Assembly (NCBI GenBank): GCA_965199855.1
Contig: OZ241326.1
Location: 1,344,001 to 1,408,000, forward strand
DNA from: a bacterium
GTDB taxonomy: Bacteria; UBA8248
Direction of reading: 5' to 3'
DNA length: 64,000 nt
The translations under genes and the position numbers were made by a program. The notes beneath the pieces are model-generated. The model was given only the letters and a program-made list of their open reading frames with translations, was not told the DNA's origin and searched no databases. Below are positions 29,530 through 40,576 of the stretch, in pieces. Position 1 is the first letter of the stretch; the number at the start of each line of letters is the position of its first letter.

Positions 29530-29564
29530 GCCGCTCGCCCTCCCCGGGGCGGGCGGCTTTTCTT
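29530..29564 (+). terminator. Rho-independent terminator
   Basis: GCCGCTCGCCC/GGGCGGGCGGC stem followed by TTTTCTT. Confidence 0.75.
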
Positions 29565-29782
29565 CTGGAGACGGCGTATCTGACGCGCGTCAGGCATGGC
29601 GCTGCCTTTCTTTTCCGCGCCGCGCGGCGCCGCCAACCCTCCCCCGCGCCTGCGGCTTGCGGAGAATCCTCCGCCCGGGCGCCTGCTCCCGCCCCGCCGA
29701 AGCGCGGAGACCCTCCCCCGCGCTAGGCTTGCGCCCCGCCCCTGTGCTATAAGATGCTCCTCCGCCCGGGAGGGCTTCGCGC

Positions 29783-30433
29783 ATGATCCGCGTGAAGATT
29801 TGCGGGGTCACCACGGTGGAGGACGCGCGCTTCGCCCTGGAGTCGGGCGCCGACGCCCTGGGGCTGAACTTCGTCCCCGGAACGCCCCGATGCCTGGAGG
29901 CGGAGCGGGCGCGGGAGATCGCCCGCGCGCTGCCCCCCTTCGGGACGCGGGTCGGCGTTTTCGTGAACGAGACGCCCGCGCGCGTGGAGGAAGTCGCGCG
30001 CCTCGTCGGCCTGGACGCGGCGCAGCTGCACGGCGACGAGACGCCCGGGGACTGCCGCCGGCTCATCGGGCGGGGGCTGCGCGTCATTCGCGCCCTGCGG
30101 GTGCGGGGGCCTGAATCGATAGCGGAGATGGATGCGTTCCCCGGCTGCGCCATCCTGCTCGACGCCTATGTGGAGGGCGCGCGCGGGGGCACGGGCGAGA
30201 CCTTCGACTGGGAGCTGGCGCGGCGGGCGGCGCAGGCGCGGCCCATCATCCTCTCGGGAGGCTTGAGGCCGGAGAACGTGGCGGAGGCGGTGCGGCGCGT
30301 CCGGCCCTACGGCGTGGATTCGAGCAGCGGGGTGGAGGGCGCGCTTCCCGGCCGCAAGGACCCCGCGCGGGTTCTGGCTTTCGCGCGAAGCGCGCGCGCG
30401 GCGGCGTCGGAGCCCGAGGGAGCGGAAAGATGA
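29783..30433 (+). CDS. trpF: Phosphoribosylanthranilate isomerase
   Basis: [24 protein letters not shown] and GVDSSSGVE. Confidence 0.96.
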   Translation: MIRVKICGVTTVEDARFALESGADALGLNFVPGTPRCLEAERAREIARALPPFGTRVGVFVNETPARVEEVARLVGLDAAQLHGDETPGDCRRLIGRGLRVIRALRVRGPESIAEMDAFPGCAILLDAYVEGARGGTGETFDWELARRAAQARPIILSGGLRPENVAEAVRRVRPYGVDSSSGVEGALPGRKDPARVLAFARSARAAASEPEGAER

Positions 30434-31638
30434 GCGATCTGGTCTCCAGGGGAAGGTTCGGTCGGTTCGGGGGGCGCTATGTCCCGGAAACCCTCATGCC
30501 GGCGCTCGAGGAGCTGGAGGAGGCGTATCTTCAGGCGCGGGAGGACCCGGCGTATCACGCGGAGCTCGCCGATTATCTGCGGGAGTTCGCGGGCAGACCC
30601 ACGCCGCTCTATCCGGCCGGGCGCCTCTCGGATCATCTGGGCGCGCTCCGGGTCTATCTCAAGCGCGAGGACCTCTGCCACACGGGCGCCCACAAGATCA
30701 ACAACACCATCGCCCAGGCGCTTCTGGCCAGGAGGCTGGGGAAAAGCCGCATCATCGCGGAGACGGGGGCGGGCCAGCACGGGGTGGCGACCGCCACGGC
30801 CGCCGCCCTGTTCGGCATGGAGTGCGACATCTACATGGGCGAGGAGGACATCGGCCGCCAGGCGCTCAACGTGTTCCGCATGAAGCTTCTGGGGGCGCGG
30901 GTGGTTCCGGTCGCCTCGGGCAGCCGCACCCTCAAGGACGCCACGAACGAGACGCTGCGCGACTGGACGGCCTCGGTGCGGACGACCCACTACATCATCG
31001 GCTCGGTGGTGGGGCCGCACCCGTTTCCGGAGATGATACGCGATTTCCAGTCCGTCATCGGGCGGGAGGCGCGCGCGCAGATTCTCGAGGCGGAGGGCCG
31101 GCTTCCCGACGCCTGCGTGGCCTGCGTGGGCGGGGGGAGCAACTCCATCGGTCTCTTCCACCCCTTCCTGGAGGACGAGGAGGTCGAGCTCATCGGCGTG
31201 GAGGCGGGGGGGCGGGGGCTGGCCACCGGGGAGCACGGCGCCTCCCTCACCGCCGGCCGCGTGGGCGTTCTGCACGGCTGCGAGACGTTCCTGCTCTACG
31301 ACGACGACGGGCAGATCGTCCCGGCGCATTCGGTGTCCGCCGGCCTCGACTACCCGGGCGTGGGGCCCGAGCACGCCCACCTGAAGGATTCCGGGCGCGC
31401 GCGCTACGTGACGGTGGACGACCACGACGCGCTCAAGGCGTTTCAGCGCCTCTCGACGCTGGAGGGCATCATCCCCGCTTTCGAGAGCGCCCACGCGATC
31501 GCGCATCTGGACCGCATGGCCGAGGAGGCGAGGGAGGCGCGGACGGTCGTGCTCTGCCTCTCCGGCCGCGGGGACAAGGACGTTCATCAGGCCGAGGGGC
31601 TTTTGTCCGAAATGCTCGACGACGAGGACGCGCGCTGA
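30430..31638 (+). CDS. trpB: Tryptophan synthase beta chain
   Basis: [17 protein letters not shown] and [11 protein letters not shown]. Confidence 0.97.
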   Translation: MSDLVSRGRFGRFGGRYVPETLMPALEELEEAYLQAREDPAYHAELADYLREFAGRPTPLYPAGRLSDHLGALRVYLKREDLCHTGAHKINNTIAQALLARRLGKSRIIAETGAGQHGVATATAAALFGMECDIYMGEEDIGRQALNVFRMKLLGARVVPVASGSRTLKDATNETLRDWTASVRTTHYIIGSVVGPHPFPEMIRDFQSVIGREARAQILEAEGRLPDACVACVGGGSNSIGLFHPFLEDEEVELIGVEAGGRGLATGEHGASLTAGRVGVLHGCETFLLYDDDGQIVPAHSVSAGLDYPGVGPEHAHLKDSGRARYVTVDDHDALKAFQRLSTLEGIIPAFESAHAIAHLDRMAEEAREARTVVLCLSGRGDKDVHQAEGLLSEMLDDEDAR

Positions 31639-32456
31639 TGGGCGGCAGGCTGGAGGCGCGCTTCTCGCGCCTGCGCGCGCGGGGCCGCGCCGGCCTGTTC
31701 CCGTTCGTCACCGCGGGCGATCCCGACCTGGCGTTCACGCGGGAGCTGCTGCCGCTCCTGGCGCGCGCGGGTGCGGACGGCTTCGAGATAGGGGTTCCCT
31801 TCAGCGACCCCCTGGCGGACGGCCCCACCATCCAGCGCGCGAGCATGAGGTCGCTCGCCGGAGGAACGCGCCTGGGCGGCGTGCTGGAGATGGTGGGCGA
31901 GGTGCGGCCGGAGATTCCCGACGCGCCCCTCATCCTGATGACCTACTACAACCCCGTCGTGGCCATGGGCCTGGCGGAGTTCGCGCGCGGCGCCTCGACC
32001 GCGGGGGCGGACGCCGTCATCGTCCCCGACCTTCCGCCCGAGGAGGCGGGCGCGCTCCTGGACGCCATGCGCGATTGTCCGCTGGAGCCCGTCTTCATGC
32101 TCGCGCCCACGAGCACGCCGGAGCGCATCGGGCTGGTGAACGAGGCGGGCGGGGGCTTCATCTACTACGTGGGGCGGATGGGGGTCACCGGCGCGCGCGA
32201 CGCTCTGGACGCGGACCTGGGCGCGACCCTCGCGCGAATCAACCGGGTGAAGAGCCGGCCCGTTCTCGTGGGCTTCGGCATCAAGACGCCCGCGCAGGCG
32301 GCGGAGGCGGCCGCTCACGCCGAGGGCGTCATCGTGGGCAGCGCGCTGATAGACGTCATGGAGGCGGAAGAGGCGCGCGGGGAGAAGATGCGCGCGGCGC
32401 GCGAATACGTAGCCTCCCTGCGGGCGGGGCTGGATCGCTCCGGAGCGGCTTCGTGA
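31638..32456 (+). CDS. trpA: Tryptophan synthase alpha chain
   Basis: [22 protein letters not shown] and GVIVGSA. Confidence 0.96.
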   Translation: MGGRLEARFSRLRARGRAGLFPFVTAGDPDLAFTRELLPLLARAGADGFEIGVPFSDPLADGPTIQRASMRSLAGGTRLGGVLEMVGEVRPEIPDAPLILMTYYNPVVAMGLAEFARGASTAGADAVIVPDLPPEEAGALLDAMRDCPLEPVFMLAPTSTPERIGLVNEAGGGFIYYVGRMGVTGARDALDADLGATLARINRVKSRPVLVGFGIKTPAQAAEAAAHAEGVIVGSALIDVMEAEEARGEKMRAAREYVASLRAGLDRSGAAS

Positions 32457-32526
32457 CTTCAGGCTTCCGCCAGGGGACGCGCGGGAATCCATAGACGCCT
32501 TGCAGAGGACGACAGAGGACGGCGCC

Positions 32527-33942
32527 ATGTCGAAAAACACGCTCTACGACAAGGTCTGGGACGCCCACACCGTGGACAGGCTCGATTCGGGGCAGGATCA
32601 GATATTCATCGGCCTGCACCTCATCCACGAGGTCACCACGCCCCAGGCGTTCGCCATGCTCAAGGAGATCGGCGCGGGCGTCGCCTTTCCCGACCGCACG
32701 GTGGCGACCGTGGACCACATCATCCCCACCGCGCTCAGCCGGATCCGGCCCTACGAGGACGAGCAGGCCGAGAGGATGATGGCCGCCCTCGAGGAGAACG
32801 TGAGCGAGTTCGGCGTCCGCTTTCTGCATCTCGACTCCGGCAGGCAGGGCATCGTTCACGTCATCGGGCCGGAGCTGGGGCTGAGCCAGCCCGGCATGAC
32901 CATCGCCTGCGGGGACAGCCACACGAGCACGCACGGGGCGATGGGCGCCCTGGGCTTCGGAATCGGCACGACGGAGGTGGGCCACGTCCTGGCGAGCCAG
33001 ACCCTCGCGCTGAACCGCCTGCGGGTGAAGCGCGTCAGCGTCACGGGCGCCCTGGGCGCCGGCGTGGCGCCCAAGGACGTGATTCTGCGGATCATCCGCG
33101 ATCTGGGCGTCAAGGGCGGGCTGGGCTTCGCCTATGAATACGGCGGCGGCGTCTTCGACGCGATGTCGATGGAGGGGCGCATGACGGTCTGCAACATGAG
33201 CATCGAGGGGGGGGCGCGCATCGGCTACGTGAACCCGGACGAGGCGACCTTCGACTACCTCGAGGGCCGCGAGTTCAGCCCCGTGGGAGAGGGGTGGGAG
33301 CGGGCGCTCGCCTACTGGAGGAGCGTCGCTTCGGACGAGGACGCGGAATACGACGATTTCCATGAAATCGCGGGCGAGTCGATCGAGCCGATGGTCACCT
33401 GGGGCATCAACCCGGGGCATTCCGTCGCGATATCGGAGCCGCTTCCCGAGGTGAGCCGCTTCTCGGGCGAGGACAGGAAGACGGCGGAGCGCGGGTACGC
33501 GTTCATGGGCCTCCGGCCCGGCGAGCCGATTCTGGGCGCGAAGATCGACGTGGCCTTTCTCGGCTCCTGCACGAATTCGAGAATTTCCGACCTGCGCGAG
33601 GGGGCGCGGCTGATGGCGGGCGGCAGGGTGCACCCGGACGTCAGGATGCTCGTGGTGCCCGGCTCCCAGCAGGTGAAGCGGCAGGCCGAGGAGGAGGGGC
33701 TGCACGAAATTTTCCGGGAGGCGGGCGCCGAGTGGCGCGAGGCGGGCTGCTCGATGTGCCTGGGCATGAACCCGGACAAGCTCGAAGGCGCGGAGAGAAG
33801 CATATCCTCCTCGAACCGCAACTTCATCGGGCGCCAGGGCAGTCCGCGCGGAAGAACCCACCTGGGCAGTCCGGCGCTCGTCGTCTCCTCGGCGATCGCG
33901 GGCCGCATCGCGGACCCCAGGGAGATGGAGGGAGCGGCGTGA
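32527..33942 (+). CDS. leuC: 3-isopropylmalate dehydratase large subunit
   Basis: [27 protein letters not shown] and SNRNF. Confidence 0.96.
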   Translation: MSKNTLYDKVWDAHTVDRLDSGQDQIFIGLHLIHEVTTPQAFAMLKEIGAGVAFPDRTVATVDHIIPTALSRIRPYEDEQAERMMAALEENVSEFGVRFLHLDSGRQGIVHVIGPELGLSQPGMTIACGDSHTSTHGAMGALGFGIGTTEVGHVLASQTLALNRLRVKRVSVTGALGAGVAPKDVILRIIRDLGVKGGLGFAYEYGGGVFDAMSMEGRMTVCNMSIEGGARIGYVNPDEATFDYLEGREFSPVGEGWERALAYWRSVASDEDAEYDDFHEIAGESIEPMVTWGINPGHSVAISEPLPEVSRFSGEDRKTAERGYAFMGLRPGEPILGAKIDVAFLGSCTNSRISDLREGARLMAGGRVHPDVRMLVVPGSQQVKRQAEEEGLHEIFREAGAEWREAGCSMCLGMNPDKLEGAERSISSSNRNFIGRQGSPRGRTHLGSPALVVSSAIAGRIADPREMEGAA

Positions 33943-34565
33943 GCGCGCGGAGGATTCAGAGCGTTACGGGCAGGGCCATCCCCATGCCAGGGGACGACAT
34001 CGACACCGACCGCATCACGCCGGCGCGGTTTCTCAAGGCCGTCACCTTCGAGGGCATGGAGAAGGCCCTCTTCTGCGACGAGCGCGAGAACGCGCCCGAT
34101 CACCCCATCGACGACCCCGCCTACAGGGGCGCGAGGATGATGTTCGTGGGCAAGAACTTCGGCTCGGGCTCCTCGCGCGAGCACGCCCCCCAGGCGCTTA
34201 AGCGGCACGGCGTCCACGCGCTCATCGGCGTGTCGTTCGCGGAGATTTTCGCGGGCAACTGCTTCGCCATCGGGGTGCCGACCGGCGCGGCGTCGGCGGA
34301 GGACGCCCACCGCCTGATCCGCCAGGCGCAGGAGGCGCCGGAGACGCGCTTCACCGTGGACCTCGAAGCCTCCGCCGTGCGCTTCGGCGAGAGCGTCGTC
34401 CCCATCGAGATTCAGGAGACGCGCCGGCTCGCCTTTCTGTCCGGCAAGTGGGACATGCTCGCCAACCTGCGGGCCGGCCTCGACCGCGTAGGCGAGGTCG
34501 CCCGGCGCCTGCCCTACGTCGGGAACTTCGGGGAAGAGGCGCGGGAGGAGGGGAGTCCCCGGTGA
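33939..34565 (+). CDS. leuD: 3-isopropylmalate dehydratase small subunit
   Basis: [22 protein letters not shown] and SFAEIF. Confidence 0.95.
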   Translation: MSARRIQSVTGRAIPMPGDDIDTDRITPARFLKAVTFEGMEKALFCDERENAPDHPIDDPAYRGARMMFVGKNFGSGSSREHAPQALKRHGVHALIGVSFAEIFAGNCFAIGVPTGAASAEDAHRLIRQAQEAPETRFTVDLEASAVRFGESVVPIEIQETRRLAFLSGKWDMLANLRAGLDRVGEVARRLPYVGNFGEEAREEGSPR

Positions 34566-35650
34566 GCCGCTACCGGATAGCCGTTCTGCCGGGCGACGGG
34601 GTGGGCCCGGAGGTGGTCGCCCAGGCGCGCCTGGCGCTGGAGGCGGCCGGCGGGCGCTTCGGGGCGCGCTTCGACTTCGAGGAGGGGCTTTGCGGCGGCG
34701 CGGCGCTGGAGGCGTGCGGGGAGCCCCTGCCCGAGGAGACCCTCGCCCTCTGCCGCGGGAGCGACGCCGGGCTGTTCGGGGCGGTGGGAGGGCCCCGGTG
34801 GGACGATCTGCCGCGCGAGAAGAGGCCCGAGCAGGCCATCCTGGGCCTGCGGAAGGAACTCAACCTGTTCGCCAACCTGCGGCCCGCCGTCATGTTCGAC
34901 CCCCTCGTGGAGGCCTCCTCCCTGAAGCCCGAGGCGGTTCGCGGCCTCGACCTCCTCGTCGTGCGCGAGGGCGTGGGCGGCATCTATTTCGGGCGGCCCC
35001 GGGGCATCGAGCGCCTCTCGGCCGATGAGGAAAGGGCGGTGGACACGATGACCTACGCCACCGGCGAGATTCGCCGCATCGTCCGCCTGGCGTTCGAGCT
35101 GGCCTCCGCGCGGCGGAAGAAGGTCTGCTCGGTGGACAAGGAGAACGTGCTCGACAACGGCCGCCTGTGGCGCAGGGTCGCCGGCGAGGTCGCCCGGGAG
35201 TTTCCCGGAGTCGAAATCGGCCACATGTACGTCGACAACGCGGCGATGCAGCTCATCCGCGACCCCCTGCAGTTCGACGTCATCGTCACGGGCAACATGT
35301 TCGGCGACATCCTGAGCGATTCCGCCGCCATGCTCACCGGCTCCATCGGAATGCTCGCCTCGGCGAACCTGAACGAGACCGGCTTCGGCCTCTACGAGCC
35401 GGTGCACGGCACGGCGCCCGACATCGCCGGACGGGACAGGGCGAACCCGATCGCGGCCGTCATGTCGGCCGCCATGCTGTGCCGCCATTCGCTCAGGCGG
35501 GCGGACGTGGCCGGGGCCATCGAGGCGGCCGTCGCCGGCGCGCTCGAGGAGGGCCTGCGGACGCCCGACATCCGCACGCCGGGGGCGAAGGCGGCGGGCT
35601 GCGCGGAGATGGGCGCGCGCGTCGCCGCCCTCGCCGGGGCGGGCGGATGA
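34562..35650 (+). CDS. leuB: 3-isopropylmalate dehydrogenase
   Basis: LPGDGVGPEV, NMFGDILSD and EPVHGTAPDIAG. Confidence 0.96.
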   Translation: MSRYRIAVLPGDGVGPEVVAQARLALEAAGGRFGARFDFEEGLCGGAALEACGEPLPEETLALCRGSDAGLFGAVGGPRWDDLPREKRPEQAILGLRKELNLFANLRPAVMFDPLVEASSLKPEAVRGLDLLVVREGVGGIYFGRPRGIERLSADEERAVDTMTYATGEIRRIVRLAFELASARRKKVCSVDKENVLDNGRLWRRVAGEVAREFPGVEIGHMYVDNAAMQLIRDPLQFDVIVTGNMFGDILSDSAAMLTGSIGMLASANLNETGFGLYEPVHGTAPDIAGRDRANPIAAVMSAAMLCRHSLRRADVAGAIEAAVAGALEEGLRTPDIRTPGAKAAGCAEMGARVAALAGAGG

Positions 35651-36672
35651 CGCGCCTCGCCGTCGCCGGCGCCACGGGCGCCGTCGGAAGGGAGATGCTC
35701 CGGATTCTGGAGGAGCGCGCGTTTCCCGCCGGGGAGGTCGTTCTGCTCGCCAGCGCGCGCAGCGCGGGGCGTAAGCTTCCGTTTCGCGGCGAGGAGCTCC
35801 CCGTCCGGCGGCTTGCGGAGGGCGCGTTCGAGGGCGTGGACATCGCGCTTTTCTCGTGCGGGGCCGCGCGCTCTCTCGAGTTCGCGCCCGCCGCCGCGCG
35901 CGCGGGGGCGGTGGTGGTGGACAACTCCAGCGCCTTCCGCATGGACGCGGCCGTCCCCCTGGTGGCGCCGGAGGTGAACCCGGAGGCGGTGGACGCCCAC
36001 CAGGGCATCATCGCGAACCCGAACTGCTCCACCATCCAGATGGTGGTCGCCCTCAAGCCCCTGCACGACGCCGCCCGCCTCAAAAGAATCGTGGTGAGCA
36101 CCTATCAGGCGGTGAGCGGGGCGGGACGGGCGGCGGTGGAGGAGCTGCGGGCGCAAGTCGCCGCCCGCGCGCGCGGCGAGGCCGCCGCGCCCCGGAAAAT
36201 GCCCCACGAGATCGCCTTCAACTGCCTCCCCCACGTCGACTCGTTTCTGGAGGGAGGCCACGCGAAGGAAGAGCGGAAGATGGCGGAGGAGACGAGAAAG
36301 ATTCTGGGCGCGCCGGAGCTGGGCGTGAGCGCCACCTGCGTGCGCGTGCCCGTATTCAACGCGCATTCCGAATCGGTGAACGCGGAGTTCGAGGCGCCCC
36401 TTTCGCCGGAGGAGGCGCGCGCCCTGCTCGCCCGCGCCCCGGGCGTGGAGGTGGTGGACGACCCCGCCGCGCTCGCCTATCCCATGCCGAAGGACGCCGA
36501 CGGGCGCGACGCGGTGTTCGTGGGCCGCGTCCGCCGCGACGATTCCCGCGAGAACGCGCTCAACCTCTGGGTGGTGGCGGACAACCTCCGAAAAGGCGCC
36601 GCGCTCAACGCGGTGCAGATAGCCGAGTCGCTGATCGGGAAGGGCGCCCCTCGCCCCGTCCCGGCGAAATGA
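35647..36672 (+). CDS. asd: Aspartate-semialdehyde dehydrogenase
   Basis: GATGAVG, DNSSAFR, NPNCST and DNLRKGAALNAVQIAE. Confidence 0.96.
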   Translation: MTRLAVAGATGAVGREMLRILEERAFPAGEVVLLASARSAGRKLPFRGEELPVRRLAEGAFEGVDIALFSCGAARSLEFAPAAARAGAVVVDNSSAFRMDAAVPLVAPEVNPEAVDAHQGIIANPNCSTIQMVVALKPLHDAARLKRIVVSTYQAVSGAGRAAVEELRAQVAARARGEAAAPRKMPHEIAFNCLPHVDSFLEGGHAKEERKMAEETRKILGAPELGVSATCVRVPVFNAHSESVNAEFEAPLSPEEARALLARAPGVEVVDDPAALAYPMPKDADGRDAVFVGRVRRDDSRENALNLWVVADNLRKGAALNAVQIAESLIGKGAPRPVPAK

Positions 36673-36680
36673 GGCGATTT

Positions 36681-37496
36681 ATGGCGAAGGGCAACGATGG
36701 AAACTACCTGCGGCATAGTATTGAAGTCGAGTCCGCAGCGCGGCTTGCGAGAATGGACGACAACGACAAGGGGCGGTTGCATATCGCTTTTACGCACGGG
36801 ATGGCGCCGTTTGAGCCGTGTGAAGAACCAGGGCGGTATCCGGCAGCTTACAAGCTTTTTGAGCGAGTGTTGAATGCTTCAAAAGAGTGGGAACAACTTG
36901 GTGAATTGCAGGTCATCACGGCGTATAGAGGGACGAAGGCATCAAGGGAACGCTATCCCAACTCGGCGGAATTGTTGCGGGCCGTCATGGGAGAAGACAA
37001 ACTGTCCGGTGGAATTACGGAATGCGATCATCGAAAGCACAAGAAACTTGTTGATGCGTGGCGGGGCGCGTCGGTTGTTCCCGTTCGATCGTCATGGCGT
37101 AAGCAAATACACCCCGGCGGCATACTGGCCTGTCCCGCCGATCTCCGGACGCCCTGGCTGTTCACGATGGATCCGATGACTTATAGCGAAAATGGGGAGA
37201 TGGACGATGACAAGCTCCATAAGTGCGATATTAAGCGTCTGTCTCCTGTGTTGAGCGGTTACGTCCGGAGCGGGAAACCGGGAATCGCCGCTTTGTTCGT
37301 GTATGGGGTGGGACAAAAAAGGCGATGCCGTTTTTGGGAATTCATGGATGAACTCGCAAAACGCATTGGCGTAGAGACTTGTTCCTATTGGCTCACGCAC
37401 CGAGGCGGAAACCGCAACCTCGCGGGCTTGCTCTGCTCGGGCATTAAACTTTCACCCGACTTCTTGCCGCGCGGAGTCGAGGAGGGGCGGTGCTGA
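36681..37496 (+). CDS. Lower-GC hypothetical protein with RlmJ-like methyltransferase motifs
   Basis: The 271-aa ORF from the ATG at 36681 has shifted codon usage. GNDGNYLRH, FTHGM, YPNS, ITECD and MDPMTY occur in RlmJ motif order. Confidence 0.65.
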   Translation: MAKGNDGNYLRHSIEVESAARLARMDDNDKGRLHIAFTHGMAPFEPCEEPGRYPAAYKLFERVLNASKEWEQLGELQVITAYRGTKASRERYPNSAELLRAVMGEDKLSGGITECDHRKHKKLVDAWRGASVVPVRSSWRKQIHPGGILACPADLRTPWLFTMDPMTYSENGEMDDDKLHKCDIKRLSPVLSGYVRSGKPGIAALFVYGVGQKRRCRFWEFMDELAKRIGVETCSYWLTHRGGNRNLAGLLCSGIKLSPDFLPRGVEEGRC

Positions 37497-37651
37497 GGCG
37501 CGCCCCAAAAGCGCGGCAGGTTCAGCATTTGGAAGAAGAACGGGCTTTTTCATCGCCTCCCGCGCTCGCCGGGGGTTTGAAGGGGCGGTTGCACCAGGGC
37601 GGAATTCGCGTCTTCGGAGCGGCTCCGCCCCGGCGATGACGGACGGGGAGC

Positions 37652-38515
37652 ATGGCGTTGTCTGAGGCGAAAATCGGGGTCATCGGCGGCAGCGGCCTCT
37701 ACGAGATGGCGGAGCTGGACGAAGTGGAAGAACGCGCCCTGGAGACGCCCTTCGGCGCGCCCTCGGCGCCTTACGTCGTGGGGACGCTCGCCGGCAGGCG
37801 CGTCGCGTTCCTGCCCAGGCACGGGGCGGGACACCGCCTCCTGCCGGGGGAGATTCCCTTCCGCGCCAACGTCCACGGGTTCAGGCAGCTGGGCGTGGAG
37901 TGGCTCATCTCCGTCAGCGCGGTGGGCAGCCTGAAGGAAGACGTCCATCCGGGCGACATCGTGATTCCCGACCAGTTCATCGACCTCACGAAGGGGCGCG
38001 CCGGCACCTTCTTCGGCGAGGGCGTCGTCGCCCACGTCTCGATGGCGGATCCGGTCTGCGGCGTCTTGAGCGCGGCGCTGGCGGGGGCGGCGCGCCGGGC
38101 GGGGGCGGCTACGCGCGAAGGCGGCGTCTATGTGTGCATCGAAGGGCCCCAGTTCAGCAGCCGCGCGGAGAGCTTTCTCTACCGGAGCTGGGGCGCCTCG
38201 GTCATCGGGATGACGAACATGCCGGAGGCCAGGCTCGCGCGCGAGGCGGAGATGAGCTACGCCACCATCGCGCTGGTGACCGACTACGACTGCTGGCATG
38301 AGGAGGAAGAGGCGGTGAGCGTGGAGGCCGTGGTCGCCCTGGTGAAGCGAAACGCCGCCCTCGCCCGGAGGATCATCCGGGAGGCCGCGCCCGGAATCGA
38401 GGGCGACAGCCCCTTCGCTGGCTCCCTGGCGGCGGCGCTGATGACCGAGCCGGCGCGCGTTCCGGCCGAGGCGAAGGAGCGCCTGCGCCGTCTGACGGGA
38501 AGATACCTCCCGTGA
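37652..38515 (+). CDS. mtnP: S-methyl-5'-thioadenosine phosphorylase
   Basis: IGGSG, RHG, EGPQFSSRAES, GMTNMPEA and TDYDCW. Confidence 0.93.
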   Translation: MALSEAKIGVIGGSGLYEMAELDEVEERALETPFGAPSAPYVVGTLAGRRVAFLPRHGAGHRLLPGEIPFRANVHGFRQLGVEWLISVSAVGSLKEDVHPGDIVIPDQFIDLTKGRAGTFFGEGVVAHVSMADPVCGVLSAALAGAARRAGAATREGGVYVCIEGPQFSSRAESFLYRSWGASVIGMTNMPEARLAREAEMSYATIALVTDYDCWHEEEEAVSVEAVVALVKRNAALARRIIREAAPGIEGDSPFAGSLAAALMTEPARVPAEAKERLRRLTGRYLP

Positions 38516-39795
38516 GCCGGCGCAAATCCGAGGAATTGTTCGCCCTCGCGCAAAGCCGCATCCCCGGCGGCGTGAACTCCCCCGTCCGCGCGTTTCGGGG
38601 CGTGGGCGGCGCGCCCTTCTTCGTCGAGAAGGGAAAGGGCGCCCGCATCCGCGACGCCGACGGCGGCGTCTATATCGACTACGTTCTCTCCTGGGGGCCG
38701 CTGCTCCTGGGCCACGCCCACCCGCGCGTGGTGAAGGCCGTTCAGGGGGCGGCGGCGCGCGGCATGAGCTTCGGCGCGCCCACCGCCCTCGAGACCGAGC
38801 TGGCGGAGCTGGTGAACGCCGCCTATCCCTCGATGGAGCTGCTGCGCTTCGTGAACTCGGGGACGGAAGCCGCGATGTCCGCCATTCGCCTCGCGCGCGG
38901 GTTCACGGGCCGCGACGCGATCGTCAAGTTCGAGGGCTGCTACCACGGCCACGCCGACGGGCTGCTCGTGAAGGCCGGAAGCGGCGGCGCCACCCTGGGA
39001 GTTCCGGACAGCGGGGGCGTTCCCCGCGACTGCGCGCGAAACACGGCGACGCTTCCCTTCAACGACGCGGACGCCGTGCGGGAGTTCTTCGCCCGGCGCG
39101 GCGGGGAGACGGCCGCCCTCATCGTGGAGCCCGTGGCCGGCAACATGGGCCTCATCCTTCCCGAGGAGGGATTTCTGCAAGCTTTGCGCGAGGAGACCGA
39201 AAAGGCGGGCGCCCTGCTCATCTTCGACGAGGTGATGACGGGCTTTCGGGTGGCGCGGGGCGGCGCGCAGGCTCTTTTCGGCGTAAAGCCCGATTTGACC
39301 ACCCTCGGCAAGGTGATCGGCGGCGGGCTGCCCGTGGGCGCCTACGGCGGAAGGCGCGACGTGATGGAGCGCGTCGCGCCCCTGGGCGGCGTCTATCAGG
39401 CGGGCACGCTTTCGGGCAATCCCCTGGCCATGACGGCGGGCGTCGAGACGCTCAGAATCATCGAGGAGGAGGGACTGCCCGAGGCCCTCTCCGCCAGGGT
39501 GGAGGCGCTTTCGGACGGCATGGCGGAGGCGGCGCGGGCGGCGGGCGTCCCGCTCGCGGGCGCGCGGTGCGGGTCGATGTTCTGCGCGTTTTTTCAGGAG
39601 CGCCCGGTTCGGAATTTCCGGGACGCCATGCGATCGGACGCGAAAATGTATGCCAAATTCTTTCATTCTATGCTACAAGGGGGCGTGGCGTTCGCCCCGA
39701 GCCAGTTTGAAGTGGGGTTCATGTCCTCCGCCCATACCGATGAATGCGTGGAGGCCACGCTGGTCGCCGCGAAAAAGGCGTTCGCCGGGCTGTAG
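38512..39795 (+). CDS. hemL: Glutamate-1-semialdehyde 2,1-aminomutase
   Basis: PGGVNSPVRAF, NSGTEA, DEVMTGFR, GKVIGGG and AGTLSGNP. Confidence 0.97.
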   Translation: MSRRKSEELFALAQSRIPGGVNSPVRAFRGVGGAPFFVEKGKGARIRDADGGVYIDYVLSWGPLLLGHAHPRVVKAVQGAAARGMSFGAPTALETELAELVNAAYPSMELLRFVNSGTEAAMSAIRLARGFTGRDAIVKFEGCYHGHADGLLVKAGSGGATLGVPDSGGVPRDCARNTATLPFNDADAVREFFARRGGETAALIVEPVAGNMGLILPEEGFLQALREETEKAGALLIFDEVMTGFRVARGGAQALFGVKPDLTTLGKVIGGGLPVGAYGGRRDVMERVAPLGGVYQAGTLSGNPLAMTAGVETLRIIEEEGLPEALSARVEALSDGMAEAARAAGVPLAGARCGSMFCAFFQERPVRNFRDAMRSDAKMYAKFFHSMLQGGVAFAPSQFEVGFMSSAHTDECVEATLVAAKKAFAGL

Positions 39796-39830
39796 TCGAT
39801 TGCGCCCGCGCGCCGGGGAGCCTCGGGACA

Positions 39831-40154
39831 GTGCGAAAGGCGGGGAAGCCGTCCGGCGGGGTTCAATCCCGAAAGAGCAGGCTTTTTTTCTGGTTCTCGG
39901 CGGGCGTCATCGCCCTGTTGCTGGGCTCGGCGTGGCTGGGGCAGGACGGCTATCTCGCCGTTCTGGCCAACAAGGAGCGGGCGGCCGCGCTCAAGCGGGA
40001 GATCGGCCGGATCGAGGCGAACAACCGGGAGCTGCGCGCGGAGATTCGCTCCCTGCGCTCCGACATGCGGATGATCGAGAGAATCGCGCGGGAGGACCTG
40101 GGGCTGGTGAAGAAGGGCGAAATCGTCTATGAGTTCGTCCCGCCGGAGAAGTGA
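39831..40154 (+). CDS. ftsB: Septum formation initiator FtsB/DivIC
   Basis: One TM helix, a coiled coil and IERIAREDLGLVKKGE; start uncertain. Confidence 0.85.
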   Translation: MRKAGKPSGGVQSRKSRLFFWFSAGVIALLLGSAWLGQDGYLAVLANKERAAALKREIGRIEANNRELRAEIRSLRSDMRMIERIAREDLGLVKKGEIVYEFVPPEK

Positions 40155-40212
40155 TTTTCATCCGGCCTCATCCGCGGGCGGCGATGTGCGCCGCGCGCGC
40201 CGTTCCGGCGTC

Positions 40213-40241
40213 TTGACAGAACGCCGCCGCCGGGGTAAACA
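40213..40241 (+). promoter_or_regulatory. Sigma70 promoter of the tRNA gene
   Basis: TTGACA-17 nt-TAAACA. Confidence 0.65.
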
Positions 40242-40252
40242 GGAAGGGACGG

Positions 40253-40329
<77 letters not shown>

Positions 40330-40339
40330 AGCGAACCGG

Positions 40340-40370
40340 AAGGCCGCGGGGCCCGCCCCGCGGCCTTTTC
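40340..40370 (+). terminator. Rho-independent terminator after the tRNA
   Basis: AAGGCCGCGGGG/CCCCGCGGCCTT stem running into TTTT. Confidence 0.8.
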
Positions 40371-40381
40371 GCGTTCCGGGC

Positions 40382-40576
40382 GGGGCGCATATATGCGCCC
40401 CCTACGAAACCGTCGCCGTCCCCGCCCGTCCGCCGCCGGAAAACCGGCTCCCTCGCCCGTAGGGGACGCATTCATGCGTCCCGTTTCGATCGGTGGCCAC
40501 GCGCGGGCGGTTCACGAACCGCCCCTACGGGAACCGTAGCCGCCCTCACCCGTAGGGACGGCCCCCGGGGTCGCCC
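40382..40576. repeat. Cluster of four GTAG-type REP palindromes in alternating orientation
   Basis: GGGGCGCATATATGCGCCCCCTAC (40382), GTAGGGGACGCATTCATGCGTCCC (40459), GGGCGGTTCACGAACCGCCCCTAC (40505) and GTAGGGACGGCCCCCGGGGTCGCCC (40552). Confidence 0.8.

Noticed and set aside
29783-36672. trpFBA joined to leuCDB-asd as a novelty
   Set aside because: Clustering of these genes is well known in many bacteria; only the order differs.
40382-40576. Possible CRISPR array
   Set aside because: The units alternate in orientation, differ in sequence, have irregular spacing and no cas genes are present. They fit REPs.
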